Shown in pieces: positions 55,131-64,000 of a DNA stretch of 64,000 nt (its first letter is position 1; each line of letters begins with the position of its first letter). Where the stretch lies: positions 1-64,000 of the IMG/VR virus record IMGVR_UViG_2974649007_000001; one strand, written 5' to 3'. The notes under the pieces are model-generated. The model was not told the DNA's origin. It was given only the letters and a program-made list of their open reading frames with translations, and ran no database searches. The position numbers and the translations under genes are program-made. The DNA comes from a virus. Its lineage: Duplodnaviria; Caudoviricetes.

Positions 55131-56459
55131 TCAAGCCTTGAACCCCAGCTTATTGATGATCAATTCCACTTGTGGCCGGCTGAAGGCCACGTACAAAAGC
55201 CGCTGCCGTTCACTGCGGGTTGGGTTATCCAGCAGATCCTTGACATCGACCATGACACGTTTGAAGGTGCTGCCCTGGCTGCGATGGACCGTGATGCAGT
55301 AGCAATACTTCAGGTCGGCAAACAGGTCTTTGAACTGGTGCAGCTGCTTCCAAACCCAGTTGGGGTTGCCGCCCTTGGACTTAATGTCCAAGGCCTTGTC
55401 GGTCAGCTTCTGGGTGTGTTGGCGGTAACGCTCGAACTCGTCTTCGTGCAGCACATGGGCGAAGACCTGTTTGACGTCAGCATACACAGGATGGAGGGTG
55501 ATCAGCCACGTCTTCCACTTCGTGCTGGTCTCCTCGTCGAACATCTGGCTCTCGACCACCGCGGCCACAATGGACTCCTCGTCCGTGGCCAGTATGGTCT
55601 CGCCATCCTTTTGGATCGGGCTGCCCAGTACCAGGCGTTCACCGATCTCAAAGCGGTTGGCATCAGGGCCATAGATTTTGGCGCGAATGGCATTGTTGAT
55701 GTCGTTCACGCGGAAGTTGCGCCAGGCCAGGACACGGACGTCCTCGAGGTCGGTGGTCAGATCGAACTGATCGACAATCGTTCTCAGGAAGTCACCCGAC
55801 TTGAGCACCGTGACGTTGTGGTCAGGCACCTTGTTGAAGTGGTAGATCGTGTTGTTCTTGATCGCTTCCCGCAGCGGGTGAGTGATCTCCAGGATGCCGT
55901 TCGGCGTGCCGTCCGGGTTGTTCTTCTGGCGCTCGACCTGGGTCAGCTCAGCCGTAGGGAACAGGGTGAAGGCCCGCGACTCCTTCTCCTTCACCGGCGG
56001 CAGCTGCATGTTGTCACCCATCAGCAGGCAGAACACCTTGGCGTTCTCCAGCTCCGGGATCATGTAGTTGAACAGGAAGATCTCGCCGAGCATCGAGGCT
56101 TCGTCGCAGACCACCATGTCGTAATCACCGACGACGCTGTCACGCACTTGGGCAGCGTACTTCTTCTCGTCGGTGGGCATCAGCGACAGGCCCAGCGCGC
56201 TGTGCGCTGTGCGGAAGCCGACGCGGTCCATGTCCAAGCCATAGGCTCGAGCAGCCTTCTCCAGCTGCTTGACGGCCTTGTTGGTAGGGGCCATGAACAA
56301 AATCTTTTGCTCGTCTTCGAGCATCAGTTTGGCGATCTCCATGACGGAGTAGGTCTTGCCGGTGCCCCCTTCACCGATGATGGTGTAGCCTGGCTCGCCC
56401 GCCTCATAGGCGTCGAGGGCGCCGTTAACGCCGAGGGTCTGACCAGTGTTTAGTCCCAT
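55131..56459 (-). CDS. SF1B helicase (Dda/RecD-like)
   Basis: GEGGTGKT, APTNKAV, VCDEASM, GDNMQLPPV, YCITVHRSQGST, LYVAFSR. Confidence 0.9.
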   Translation of the reverse strand: MGLNTGQTLGVNGALDAYEAGEPGYTIIGEGGTGKTYSVMEIAKLMLEDEQKILFMAPTNKAVKQLEKAARAYGLDMDRVGFRTAHSALGLSLMPTDEKKYAAQVRDSVVGDYDMVVCDEASMLGEIFLFNYMIPELENAKVFCLLMGDNMQLPPVKEKESRAFTLFPTAELTQVERQKNNPDGTPNGILEITHPLREAIKNNTIYHFNKVPDHNVTVLKSGDFLRTIVDQFDLTTDLEDVRVLAWRNFRVNDINNAIRAKIYGPDANRFEIGERLVLGSPIQKDGETILATDEESIVAAVVESQMFDEETSTKWKTWLITLHPVYADVKQVFAHVLHEDEFERYRQHTQKLTDKALDIKSKGGNPNWVWKQLHQFKDLFADLKYCYCITVHRSQGSTFKRVMVDVKDLLDNPTRSERQRLLYVAFSRPQVELIINKLGFKA

Positions 56460-56493
56460 GAGTCCCACCTTAGAAGTTTAGTTGCTTACAAGA

Positions 56494-56520
56494 GGGGCAC
56501 GGTAATAAACCGTGCCCCGT
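56494..56520. terminator. Hairpin/terminator
   Basis: ggggcacgg-taataaa-ccgtgcccc. Confidence 0.6.
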
Positions 56521-56523
56521 AGG

Positions 56524-56850
56524 TCAAGCCTTGCGAGAGAAAATATCTACAACGGTAGTGCTTGACGGCGCCGCTTCGGCATGCCCAGCGCGGGGGAAGT
56601 CCCGCAGATGGATGCACAGTGCGAAGCGCTTGACTAGCTCGTCCTGGTCGATGCCCGTGGCATACAACTTCACGAACTCAATGTAACCAGCGCGGATCTG
56701 CTCGAGGGTAAACGACTCGATGCCCTCGGTGGTGAAGTACACCTCCAGGGTCTCGACGTATGCCGCGATCATTGCGCGCTGCTTTTCGTTGTCACCCGTG
56801 TCGCCACGGTCGCGGCCTAACATCAGCAGCTGGGTCTTCAGTTTATTCAC
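56524..56850 (-). CDS. Hypothetical protein
   Basis: GTG 56850 after SD aaggag. Confidence 0.55.
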   Translation of the reverse strand: MNKLKTQLLMLGRDRGDTGDNEKQRAMIAAYVETLEVYFTTEGIESFTLEQIRAGYIEFVKLYATGIDQDELVKRFALCIHLRDFPRAGHAEAAPSSTTVVDIFSRKA

Positions 56851-56885
56851 GTTATCTCCTTCAGGGCCCATGGCCGGGGTGTTGT

Positions 56886-57689
56886 TTAGTTCGGGATACC
56901 TGACAGCAGCATCTCGCGGGACCTTTCGATCAGTCGCGGGTCAGCCACTTGCTTTTCGTTACGCACCTTCTCTTTGAACTCCGTGGGTAGGAACTTCACC
57001 GCTTCTGGAAACTGCTCTTCCAGTTGCTTGTCCGTGCGGATGGTGGACAGGATGGTGGTGAGGTCTTCAAACATCGTCCAGCCGGCATCCAGCACTGCGA
57101 AGTAGGCATTGACCAGGCGCTGCGCCTCGATGGACAGCTTGTAGGCCGCTTCCGAGTAGGGCAGCAGGTGGCGGTCCTTCTCTTCGACCGGCAGGTCTGG
57201 ATGGAAGATGCAGGCCAGACCAGGCACGCCAGGCAGGTCAGCGTGGGAGGTCTTCCAGCTGTACTCGAAGTTGTAATCGCGGGTCTTCTTCTCGAAGAAG
57301 TTCAGGAAGCCACCCCACTCATTGGCTACAGCGCCCCGCACCTGGCTCCACTCACCACGCAGCTTGGCACGCTTGCTGCTGTCGTTGCCGTAGTGGCGGC
57401 TGCTCATGCCTACCTTGGTGCTGTCGGTCTTGCGGTACTTGTCACCCACACGCACGGTGATGACGCTGATCTCGCCCTTCATGCTGTGCAGGACACCCTG
57501 CTGAATCAGCGGTGCCCAGCGATCGCGTGGCAGTTCAGGGATCACCAGAGCGATGTGCTTGGCGAACAGGTCGCGCCACATCTTGTCCAGCACACGGGCT
57601 GCCTTGGTGGTCGATGCCGCTTGACGCTTGGAAGCGTGGCGGATCATCTCGAAGATCAAGTGCTTCTTGGTGTCTTGAGTCAGGTTCAT
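56886..57689 (-). CDS. Nmad5-like (nucleotide modification associated domain 5) protein
   Basis: Helical N-terminus and C-terminal ILSTIRTDKQLEEQFPEAVKFLP, which resembles the Nmad5 T.K.L...WPEA motif. Confidence 0.5.
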   Translation of the reverse strand: MNLTQDTKKHLIFEMIRHASKRQAASTTKAARVLDKMWRDLFAKHIALVIPELPRDRWAPLIQQGVLHSMKGEISVITVRVGDKYRKTDSTKVGMSSRHYGNDSSKRAKLRGEWSQVRGAVANEWGGFLNFFEKKTRDYNFEYSWKTSHADLPGVPGLACIFHPDLPVEEKDRHLLPYSEAAYKLSIEAQRLVNAYFAVLDAGWTMFEDLTTILSTIRTDKQLEEQFPEAVKFLPTEFKEKVRNEKQVADPRLIERSREMLLSGIPN

Positions 57690-58072
57690 TATTGCCGTCC
57701 GAGGTTCGTGTTGAAGTAGTTGACCAGCACGCTGTACAGCGTGGCGGTATCGGTGATGCCGAAGTGCATGACCAGCTCGGCACGTTCACGGTCAGTCCAG
57801 ATCTTCATCAGGGCTGCCTCTTGTGGCACCTCCCAGCGCGCGCCTGGGGTGTACAGGCTGCTGAAGTTCAGCGACTTGCCCACCCGGCGCTGGTCTTTGC
57901 TGACGCCACTGTACATGCAGCCCAGCGTGATAGCCGTGGTGATCTTGTGGATGTCCAGCAGCGGCACAGCCTGGGCGACACCCGGGTAGGCTTCGCGGTA
58001 CTGCTTGAGGATGCGTTCCTCGGTGGCTGTGAAGTCACCGACGAAGTCCATCTGTCCCAGATCTTTATTCAT
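57689..58072 (-). CDS. Hypothetical protein
   Basis: 127 aa, coupled on both sides. Confidence 0.55.
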   Translation of the reverse strand: MNKDLGQMDFVGDFTATEERILKQYREAYPGVAQAVPLLDIHKITTAITLGCMYSGVSKDQRRVGKSLNFSSLYTPGARWEVPQEAALMKIWTDRERAELVMHFGITDTATLYSVLVNYFNTNLGRQ

Positions 58073-58503
58073 TTGTGGGCCTCGGGATCTTTAACGTGCT
58101 TGTCGAACAATTTCTTGTGGCGACGAGCGAAGCGGGCGGTGTGGGCGATGCAGTACAGCAGGCCAAGGCCGGCTGGCACCCACGGGAACAGGTAGCCGAA
58201 GTAGAAGAGGCATGGCAGCGGGATGGCACCGATGAACATGGCGAAGGTGAAGTCACTCGATGTTTGGCTCTTGCGACTGGCGTGGTGGAAGTCGTTGCTC
58301 TTTCCACCTTCGTGTTTGTAGCGGGCACACCATGCTGCGAACTTGGTCAGAGGGTACGGCCCCTCTTGCTCCTCGTCGTCCACCCAGCAGATGGCCTCCA
58401 CCACCATGCCTGACAGGACGTTCAGGACAATGGTGGTAAAGCCGAGGCCCACGCCGAGCACCAGCAGAACCAAAACGAATTGCGCGGTATCAGGGTTGTT
58501 CAC
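58069..58503 (-). CDS. Membrane protein (2-3 TM segments)
   Basis: Hydrophobic FVLVLLVLGVGLGFTTIV and FAMFIGAIPLPCLFYFGYLFPWVPAGLGLLYCI, with a basic tail. Confidence 0.6.
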   Translation of the reverse strand: MNNPDTAQFVLVLLVLGVGLGFTTIVLNVLSGMVVEAICWVDDEEQEGPYPLTKFAAWCARYKHEGGKSNDFHHASRKSQTSSDFTFAMFIGAIPLPCLFYFGYLFPWVPAGLGLLYCIAHTARFARRHKKLFDKHVKDPEAHK

Positions 58504-58922
58504 TTCAGGTACTCCTTACGGATTTTACGCAGCGATGCTGCATGGCTGAGCCCCTTCCAGGCATACAGTCGGGCCGATCCATCCTCGAGGAAGTGGATCT
58601 GCTCGGTCCAGCTGTAGGTGTACGCCCCGGACAGGCTCAATGATTGGTCGGCCCGCTTCGACAACGCCAAGCGTGTGTCATCCCCGGTGCCGGCCGCAAA
58701 CAACTCGAAGATCCCGCGCTGCGCCGCCGGTGTCAGCATGACGGAGCAGAAGCGGGGGTCCTTTGCGAAGTCCAACACCTGATCGTAGGGGATGAACTTC
58801 GACTTTTCCCAGCGTTTTACGAACGCTTCCAATGGCTTACGTGTATCTCTCGTAGCCGTTTCAAGCAGCGTCTGTCCGGGGTGGGCCGGCCAGGTAGGCT
58901 GCAATATCGTGTTGATGTCCAC
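58500..58922 (-). CDS. Hypothetical protein
   Basis: GTG start after SD gaggaggaag. Confidence 0.5.
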   Translation of the reverse strand: MDINTILQPTWPAHPGQTLLETATRDTRKPLEAFVKRWEKSKFIPYDQVLDFAKDPRFCSVMLTPAAQRGIFELFAAGTGDDTRLALSKRADQSLSLSGAYTYSWTEQIHFLEDGSARLYAWKGLSHAASLRKIRKEYLK

Positions 58923-59445
58923 GTTCTTCCTCCTCGCTGCGGTTCGGTACGAACACCCAGGCTTGGACGAACGCCCCTTGCTCGATGATCATTACCTCTG
59001 GGTTGGTGTCCAGCACCACGGTGTCCTGTACAGCCACCGCGATACCCTTGGCTCGCTCACGGAAGTCAGCCATCTTCAGCCGATCGCGCAGCACCGATGG
59101 GTTCAGCTTGATCAGCTTCTCCCGTGGGTACTCGGCGCCCATCTTGCCGAGGATCTGCAGGTCGTCATCGCTGAGATACTTCGGCGCCTTGCCGCTTTTC
59201 TCCAGGTAGTAGACGACATGCTGGCGCCAATGATCTGGCGAGGCTTGCATGCACTTCATCAGCACCAGGCACTGGTCGGTGCTCAGCTCGCCGTGCCGGT
59301 CAATCGGCACGACGCGGAAGTCACCACCCTTGTTGACCCGGAACTCACCGTAGCGCTGCGCCTCCTCTTCCGAGTAGAACTTGCTGCCCGGTGACCAGTA
59401 GCCTTTGCGGCGCCACTGGATCATGTGGGTGAATGGTTTGGTCAC
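58861..59445 (-). CDS. Hypothetical protein
   Basis: GTG 59445 after SD gggga. The 3' end overlaps the next gene by about 60 nt. Confidence 0.5.
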   Translation of the reverse strand: MTKPFTHMIQWRRKGYWSPGSKFYSEEEAQRYGEFRVNKGGDFRVVPIDRHGELSTDQCLVLMKCMQASPDHWRQHVVYYLEKSGKAPKYLSDDDLQILGKMGAEYPREKLIKLNPSVLRDRLKMADFRERAKGIAVAVQDTVVLDTNPEVMIIEQGAFVQAWVFVPNRSEEEERGHQHDIAAYLAGPPRTDAA

Positions 59446-59447
59446 GG

Positions 59448-59852
59448 TTATTCCCCAAACAGCTCGAGCAGATTGTCCAGGGGCACGTTGAGATCCACAC
59501 CGTGCAGCAGGGCCTCGTGGGCGCCGCTGGCGATGACCTCCTGCAGGGCCAGCTTCAGGCTGCGCAGCGGTGCCTCGTGGTCCTTGTTCATGCCGGCCGG
59601 CGTCTTGCTGTCGAGCAGCTGTGCGGCCTGGGCACGGTCCAGCCAGACGATGAAGGCCATCTTTTCCATGCGCGGCCCGGTGCGAGACAGCACCGACGAG
59701 TTGTCCAGCGGCACGGGCGTCTGGAAGGTGACACTGCTGCCACCACCCTTGCGCTCGGATACCTTTTGGAACTCGGTCATGCACTGGTCAAGTGCCTGGA
59801 TCTCCAGCGTGTCGGCCTGTGCCAGCACCAGGTTTTGAATTGATACAGCCAT
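59448..59852 (-). CDS. Hypothetical protein
   Basis: SD gaggtg, coding-like bias. Confidence 0.55.
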   Translation of the reverse strand: MAVSIQNLVLAQADTLEIQALDQCMTEFQKVSERKGGGSSVTFQTPVPLDNSSVLSRTGPRMEKMAFIVWLDRAQAAQLLDSKTPAGMNKDHEAPLRSLKLALQEVIASGAHEALLHGVDLNVPLDNLLELFGE

Positions 59853-59860
59853 GGGTCACC

Positions 59861-60319
59861 TCAGATAACGAGTGCGGGGTGGGCGTTGGTGCCGTCGAAC
59901 CCGGCGCCGAGGCCGAGCACAACGTCAATGGCACGTTCGCAGGCGTCTTCATCGGTCAACGGCTCGGCCGATTCGATGACGACGTAGTGGTTTAAGCGGT
60001 GGTAGCCAGGCCGCTCGGGCCGGGGGTTGAGGAACATCACCACCTTGGTGACCACGGGCTGCTCGAACTCCCAGCAGCCCACCTTGTGGAAGTGGCCACC
60101 GTAATTGGAGTTGTCGGCATGCAGCTTGTAGTCCTCGGGCTTGAAGCCTGCGCCTACCATGCGCCAGTCTTCGCCGGTGTCATCGTGGGGGTGAGCAAAG
60201 GTCAGTTCGTTGTCGCCCGGGTCCATGAACACCACGCGATAGTCTACACCCTTGGGCGTGCCTCGGTAGACGTGCAGCCCCTGGTCGAGCAGTGGCTTGA
60301 TCTGGTTAAGCTGAAGCAT
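59861..60319 (-). CDS. Hypothetical protein
   Basis: SD ggag, coding-like bias. Confidence 0.55.
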   Translation of the reverse strand: MLQLNQIKPLLDQGLHVYRGTPKGVDYRVVFMDPGDNELTFAHPHDDTGEDWRMVGAGFKPEDYKLHADNSNYGGHFHKVGCWEFEQPVVTKVVMFLNPRPERPGYHRLNHYVVIESAEPLTDEDACERAIDVVLGLGAGFDGTNAHPALVI

Positions 60320-60758
60320 GGCTTGGTCTCCGCATGTCCACGATCAGTTGGTCGATAGGGTTGAGGCGCTCACCATCAGCGCGAGGCAGCCCGCGAGTGT
60401 GCTGCATCTCAAGGATCAGATGCGGCTGCTCCGGCGCCGACAGGGCATAGAGCAGGCTCTTCAGCGACTGCCGGTCCACCAGGCAAGTGGTCTGGAAGTA
60501 TTCACGGCTCTGCAGCGCGTGGAACAAGGCCAGCACATCCGCGTCGTTGAGCGGCTCGTTCTGGTTGATGCAGGTCGTCAGCTCCTGCAGCAGGTTGGTG
60601 GCGCTGGTCTGCGCCAGGTCACGAGTCGGGTTGATGTCCTTACGGCGCTCCTGCAGCTCGTCGCACAGGAGGATGACGTCGCCGAAGCCATACGTTTGAT
60701 CGTTGTCTTCGGCTGCCGCGCGGATGGCGGCGATGTGTTTATCAGTCAGGCGTGGCAT
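60306..60758 (-). CDS. Hypothetical protein
   Basis: Coupled to the upstream stop. Confidence 0.55.
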   Translation of the reverse strand: MPRLTDKHIAAIRAAAEDNDQTYGFGDVILLCDELQERRKDINPTRDLAQTSATNLLQELTTCINQNEPLNDADVLALFHALQSREYFQTTCLVDRQSLKSLLYALSAPEQPHLILEMQHTRGLPRADGERLNPIDQLIVDMRRPSHASA

Positions 60759-61066
60759 CAGCTTTTCCCCTTGAGGCGTGTGCCGTACACCTGGAAACCC
60801 TGGCGTATCAGCGAGCGGACGTTGACGCCGTAGCCTGTTGGCGGCAGCGTGATGTTGAAGTCGAACGTGGTCCAGTGGTAGGTGTGACCGTGGTCGTCAT
60901 CGCTGCCGACCTCGCTGCGGGCGCCGGTGATGGTGCCCTCGCCTACCTTGACGCCGTCCTTGTGGATCTCGACGGTAGGCTCGAGGTGAGCCACCTCCGT
61001 CAGGCGGTCGCCCTCCATCAGCAGGGCGCCGCCGTTCCAGTTCTGTTGCCAGTCAATCAGCTGCAT
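60758..61066 (-). CDS. Hypothetical protein
   Basis: ATG 61066 after gaggg. Confidence 0.5.
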   Translation of the reverse strand: MQLIDWQQNWNGGALLMEGDRLTEVAHLEPTVEIHKDGVKVGEGTITGARSEVGSDDDHGHTYHWTTFDFNITLPPTGYGVNVRSLIRQGFQVYGTRLKGKS

Positions 61067-61679
61067 ATTCAGCCCTCGGGTGGCGGCTGCAGGTGCATCG
61101 GGCCATGTACTTCTTGACCGCGACGTTCGCTGAGACGCTGACAGGTTGCTTCTTGATCTTGCGCTCGAGGATGCAGACGCAGCCGCTCTCGAAGTAGTCC
61201 CGCAGGATCTCGTTCTTGGTCTTGGGGATGGCGAACGCGCGGCGCTCACCTTCGTAGGTGGCTTCCATCCCGAAGCGCTCGCCCTTGGTGGTGTCGATCA
61301 GGCGCCAGTAGGCTGGTGGGATCTGGTTCGGCACGCCGTGCGCGGGGTACTCATGGATGAACACCATGCTGCCTTCCGGCACCGGGCGCCCCGACTCGAG
61401 GATCTTCCAGCCTGCCGGTGGCTCCGGCACATGCAGCGTTGGCCCGGTACGCATGGTGCGGTAGCGAGCGTAGGCCTTGTTGCGGTCCCGGTCGCTGCCG
61501 TGTACCACCCACTCCCACACCGGCCGGCCATTGCTGACCATGCCGCGGCCGAAGCTGCGCATCTGCTGGCGCACCATCAGCACGCCCTTGACGTACTTCT
61601 CGTCGCCTTCCTTCAGCTTGCGGGGTTGTGAGCCCCGGCGGATGTGGATCGTCATGCTGTCAATGCGAGGCTGGTTCAT
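61053..61679 (-). CDS. Hypothetical basic protein with C-terminal Cys/His residues
   Basis: SD gagga. CVC...CTCSRH. Confidence 0.5.
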   Translation of the reverse strand: MNQPRIDSMTIHIRRGSQPRKLKEGDEKYVKGVLMVRQQMRSFGRGMVSNGRPVWEWVVHGSDRDRNKAYARYRTMRTGPTLHVPEPPAGWKILESGRPVPEGSMVFIHEYPAHGVPNQIPPAYWRLIDTTKGERFGMEATYEGERRAFAIPKTKNEILRDYFESGCVCILERKIKKQPVSVSANVAVKKYMARCTCSRHPRAEYAAD

Positions 61680-61960
61680 TGTTTCGTCCTCGTTGCTTTG
61701 ACCTTGGGCATCACCAACATAGGTGGCAAGGTCTTGATGTCGAACCCCAACTGCTGGAGCTCTGCTTTGATGCGCTTGGCCTTCTCGTCGATGACCTTCA
61801 GCGCGCCTGCCTTGGCCAGCTCGTAGAACTCAGGACGGACAGAGCCCATCACATGCACTGCGAGGTGGCCAGGTTGCTGCACCGTTGTGTGCAGCGTAAC
61901 CAGCGCGGTCCACGCTTCGAGCCGACCGCGGATCTGGTTATGCGTCTGCAGGCTGATCAT
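61676..61960 (-). CDS. Hypothetical protein
   Basis: ATG 61960 after aagggaagg. Confidence 0.5.
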   Translation of the reverse strand: MISLQTHNQIRGRLEAWTALVTLHTTVQQPGHLAVHVMGSVRPEFYELAKAGALKVIDEKAKRIKAELQQLGFDIKTLPPMLVMPKVKATRTKQ

Positions 61961-62282
61961 CGGCCTTCCCCTTGGCCATGACACGGATGTCACGGCCGCT
62001 GATGGTTACCTTGCGCTTGAGGATCTTCGACTCGACGCGGTACTTGTCGGCGCGGTCGTCGTATTCCAGCACCTTGCCCTTGTCCGTGACCTCGTTGTGT
62101 TCCCAGGTCACGACCTGGCCCACCTCGATGTCCGGCACCGGCAGGCCAGCGCTGTTCAGCGCCACGTCCACCGCCTTGCGGAAGTTGCGCGGCGACAGCG
62201 CGAGGATCTCGACCGGCTGTTTCTCCAGCACGGCCACTTGTTCGGCGCTGAGCACAACGCCTTTATGGATCAGTTCGAGCAT
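61938..62282 (-). CDS. Hypothetical protein with an SH3/KOW-like C-terminal beta region
   Basis: IEVGQVVTW...GKVLEY...YRVE. Confidence 0.5.
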   Translation of the reverse strand: MLELIHKGVVLSAEQVAVLEKQPVEILALSPRNFRKAVDVALNSAGLPVPDIEVGQVVTWEHNEVTDKGKVLEYDDRADKYRVESKILKRKVTISGRDIRVMAKGKADDQPADA

Positions 62283-63460
62283 GGCTTGCCCTCCAGGTCA
62301 GCAATCTTGTCGTTGAGGTCAGCGATCTCACCGGACAGGGCTTCGTAGTCCTGTTCGGTGGTGTCGCCAGTCATGGTGCCGTGTTGATCGGCGCGCTGTT
62401 GCAGGGCGTCACGGCTAGCCTTCAGCGTGTTGAGGCTGTCGTCTACCATGCCTGTGATGCTCTCTTCGAGCGCCTTGAGTTTCGCTTCGATGTCACGACA
62501 CTCGCTGTCGATGTCGTCGATGCGGTCGTAGTCAGCCTTGGTGGCCGTGGCGGTCAGCTGCTTGCTGTACGCTTGGCGCTCGGCCAACTTGCTGCGCAGG
62601 TATTCCAGCTTGTTGGCTGGCTCCAGACCTTCGTACCATTCTTCTTCGGTAGGGCTGCCCCAGTCGGGCACGTCGATGGTGCCGAACTTGCGCATGTTGT
62701 CGTTCATCGTGGCGGCGTCTTCCAGCGCGGCGGCTGCCTCTTCAGGCGACGGGATGTACTGGTCAGCCGTCGGATCACCCGGGGTCATCGCCACGTCGAA
62801 GCGATAACCCACACCGCCCATCTGGCTCACCGGCGTTTCAGGCAGCGCGATAGCCTTGGGGATGCAGGCAGGGCAGGTGATCTCGATGTGGTTGCCTTCG
62901 TGATCCACGTCCGTGGTGCTCACCACCTTGCTGCCGTTGCACACCTCGCAGGCGCCGAGCAGCTGATCGAGGACAGCTGCCTGCTCCGGCGTTGCCGTGG
63001 TGCTGAAGGTAGCTGTGCCTGGCTTGGCCAACCCACCCTTGATAGGAGGGAGTTGATCAGGATGCCCCTTGTATTCGTACTTGGACAGGTCGACCTTGCT
63101 GATCTGCATCTGGGCGCCGAGCATGGCCTGCAGGAAGCGGCCGGCACCGATGCGTTTGTGGATCAGGTTGTGCAGCGCGGCCTTGGCGGCTGCCTTGACC
63201 TCGTTGGACTTGAGCCCCTGGATGTTGGAGCTGGACAGTGGTGCGCCGGTCTTCGGGTGGCGGATGGTCGCCTTGGTGTCGAAGCCGGTCTCCAGCTCGC
63301 TGATCGCCAGCGGTGCCACGAACCCCTTGGGGTGGCCAGCGGCAATGTGCAGGCCGAACTCGAAGTCCATCCCGCCGATGTGCTGCTTCCACTGGTAGAA
63401 ACAAGGTGCATCCACCAGGCCCACCGGAGTGCGGACCTGTACCTTCGATGTCGATTTCAT
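62270..63460 (-). CDS. Multidomain hypothetical protein with a CxxC...CxxC zinc finger and C-terminal coiled coil
   Basis: ACEVCNGSK...ITCPAC. SD aagga. Confidence 0.6.
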   Translation of the reverse strand: MKSTSKVQVRTPVGLVDAPCFYQWKQHIGGMDFEFGLHIAAGHPKGFVAPLAISELETGFDTKATIRHPKTGAPLSSSNIQGLKSNEVKAAAKAALHNLIHKRIGAGRFLQAMLGAQMQISKVDLSKYEYKGHPDQLPPIKGGLAKPGTATFSTTATPEQAAVLDQLLGACEVCNGSKVVSTTDVDHEGNHIEITCPACIPKAIALPETPVSQMGGVGYRFDVAMTPGDPTADQYIPSPEEAAAALEDAATMNDNMRKFGTIDVPDWGSPTEEEWYEGLEPANKLEYLRSKLAERQAYSKQLTATATKADYDRIDDIDSECRDIEAKLKALEESITGMVDDSLNTLKASRDALQQRADQHGTMTGDTTEQDYEALSGEIADLNDKIADLEGKPCSN

Positions 63461-63469
63461 GCTGATTCC

Positions 63470-64000
63470 TTATGCCGTTTGTGCCAGCTCGCCGCGAAGC
63501 GCCCAGCGTGGGATGTTTGCTGCCACCAACGCCCTGGCCAGGCCTGGTGGTACTGAGTTGCCAACCATGCGTACCTGTGCATGCTTCGGCAATTTTTTAC
63601 CCATCACCGTCTCGTGCTGGTAGTCAGCCGGGAAACCTTGGCAGCGGTACAGCTCGTGCGGCTCCAGCATTCGCATGCCGATGTCCACGATCTGATAGTC
63701 CTGGCCCTGGATGGTGACCAGGCCGAAGCGCGCCTTGGCGGTGATGGTATCGAGCGGCTCGTCGCAGCTGACCGCTGTGCCGGTGCCGTAGAACTTGACC
63801 AGGAAGGCCTGCACCGCTGCAAAGTGGTTGCCTTGAGCAGCGATCGCATCCAGCGGACGGTCAAGTGACTGGCCGTGGTTGCAGGTGCCTTTGAGTTTGA
63901 CCAGGCTGCTGGCGATGACCGCCGCCTTGCCGCCGCCACCCGGCATGATGGCGCCGAGTGGTTCGTCAGCCGAGTGGCCCACGCTGTTGCCGAAGTCCCG
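63470..64000 (-). CDS. C5-cytosine DNA methyltransferase, C-terminal part (runs off the window end)
   Basis: Repeated EPL.(A/T)I variable-region units, motif IX RMLEPHELYRCQGFP, motif X VRMVGNSVPP. Frame is open to base 64000. Confidence 0.88.
   Translation of the reverse strand, partial: RDFGNSVGHSADEPLGAIMPGGGGKAAVIASSLVKLKGTCNHGQSLDRPLDAIAAQGNHFAAVQAFLVKFYGTGTAVSCDEPLDTITAKARFGLVTIQGQDYQIVDIGMRMLEPHELYRCQGFPADYQHETVMGKKLPKHAQVRMVGNSVPPGLARALVAANIPRWALRGELAQTA

Noticed and set aside
42734-57689. Z-genome (2-aminoadenine) or 7-deazaguanine modification system
   Set aside because: No PurZ, DatZ or queuosine-pathway/DpdA genes are recognisable in the window. MazG-like genes alone are not enough evidence.
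1-64000. tRNA genes, CRISPR arrays, integrase/att sites, repressor
   Set aside because: No T-loop/CCA cloverleaf, no regularly spaced repeat-spacer array and no tyrosine/serine recombinase or clear HTH repressor motifs were seen. Lifestyle cannot be determined from this window.

Overview
About 64 kb of a GC-rich, long-tailed dsDNA phage (siphovirus-type). The host is probably a pseudomonad or related gammaproteobacterium, inferred from codon usage, the GH19 endolysin and the holin types. The window opens at the large terminase. The + strand (1-33584) carries packaging, head, neck and tail genes with a lambda-like M/L/K/I/J tail tip. These are followed by a 1018-aa carbohydrate-active tail-region protein, the lysis cassette and a second fibre cassette. 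The - strand (33647-64000) carries recombination, replication and nucleotide-metabolism genes (SbcCD-like nuclease, ligase, resolvase, dNMP kinase, DEDDh exonuclease, Pol I-like polymerase, ThyX, TerB, two MazG-like genes, SNF2 helicase, primase-helicase, Dda/RecD-like helicase). It ends in a cluster of small unknown genes and a truncated C5 DNA methyltransferase. The two arms converge at about 33.6 kb. No integrase, repressor, tRNA or CRISPR array was seen. Three observations stand out: (1) a PgaB-like CE4 deacetylase + GH18 fusion with two inserted domains in the tail module; (2) a lectin-like domain cut off from it by an in-frame TAA plus a 1-nt insertion, with an intact paralogue 5 kb downstream; (3) a family of about 26-bp operator-like pseudo-palindromes at five gene boundaries in both arms. 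All family assignments come from motif recognition by eye; no database searches were run.
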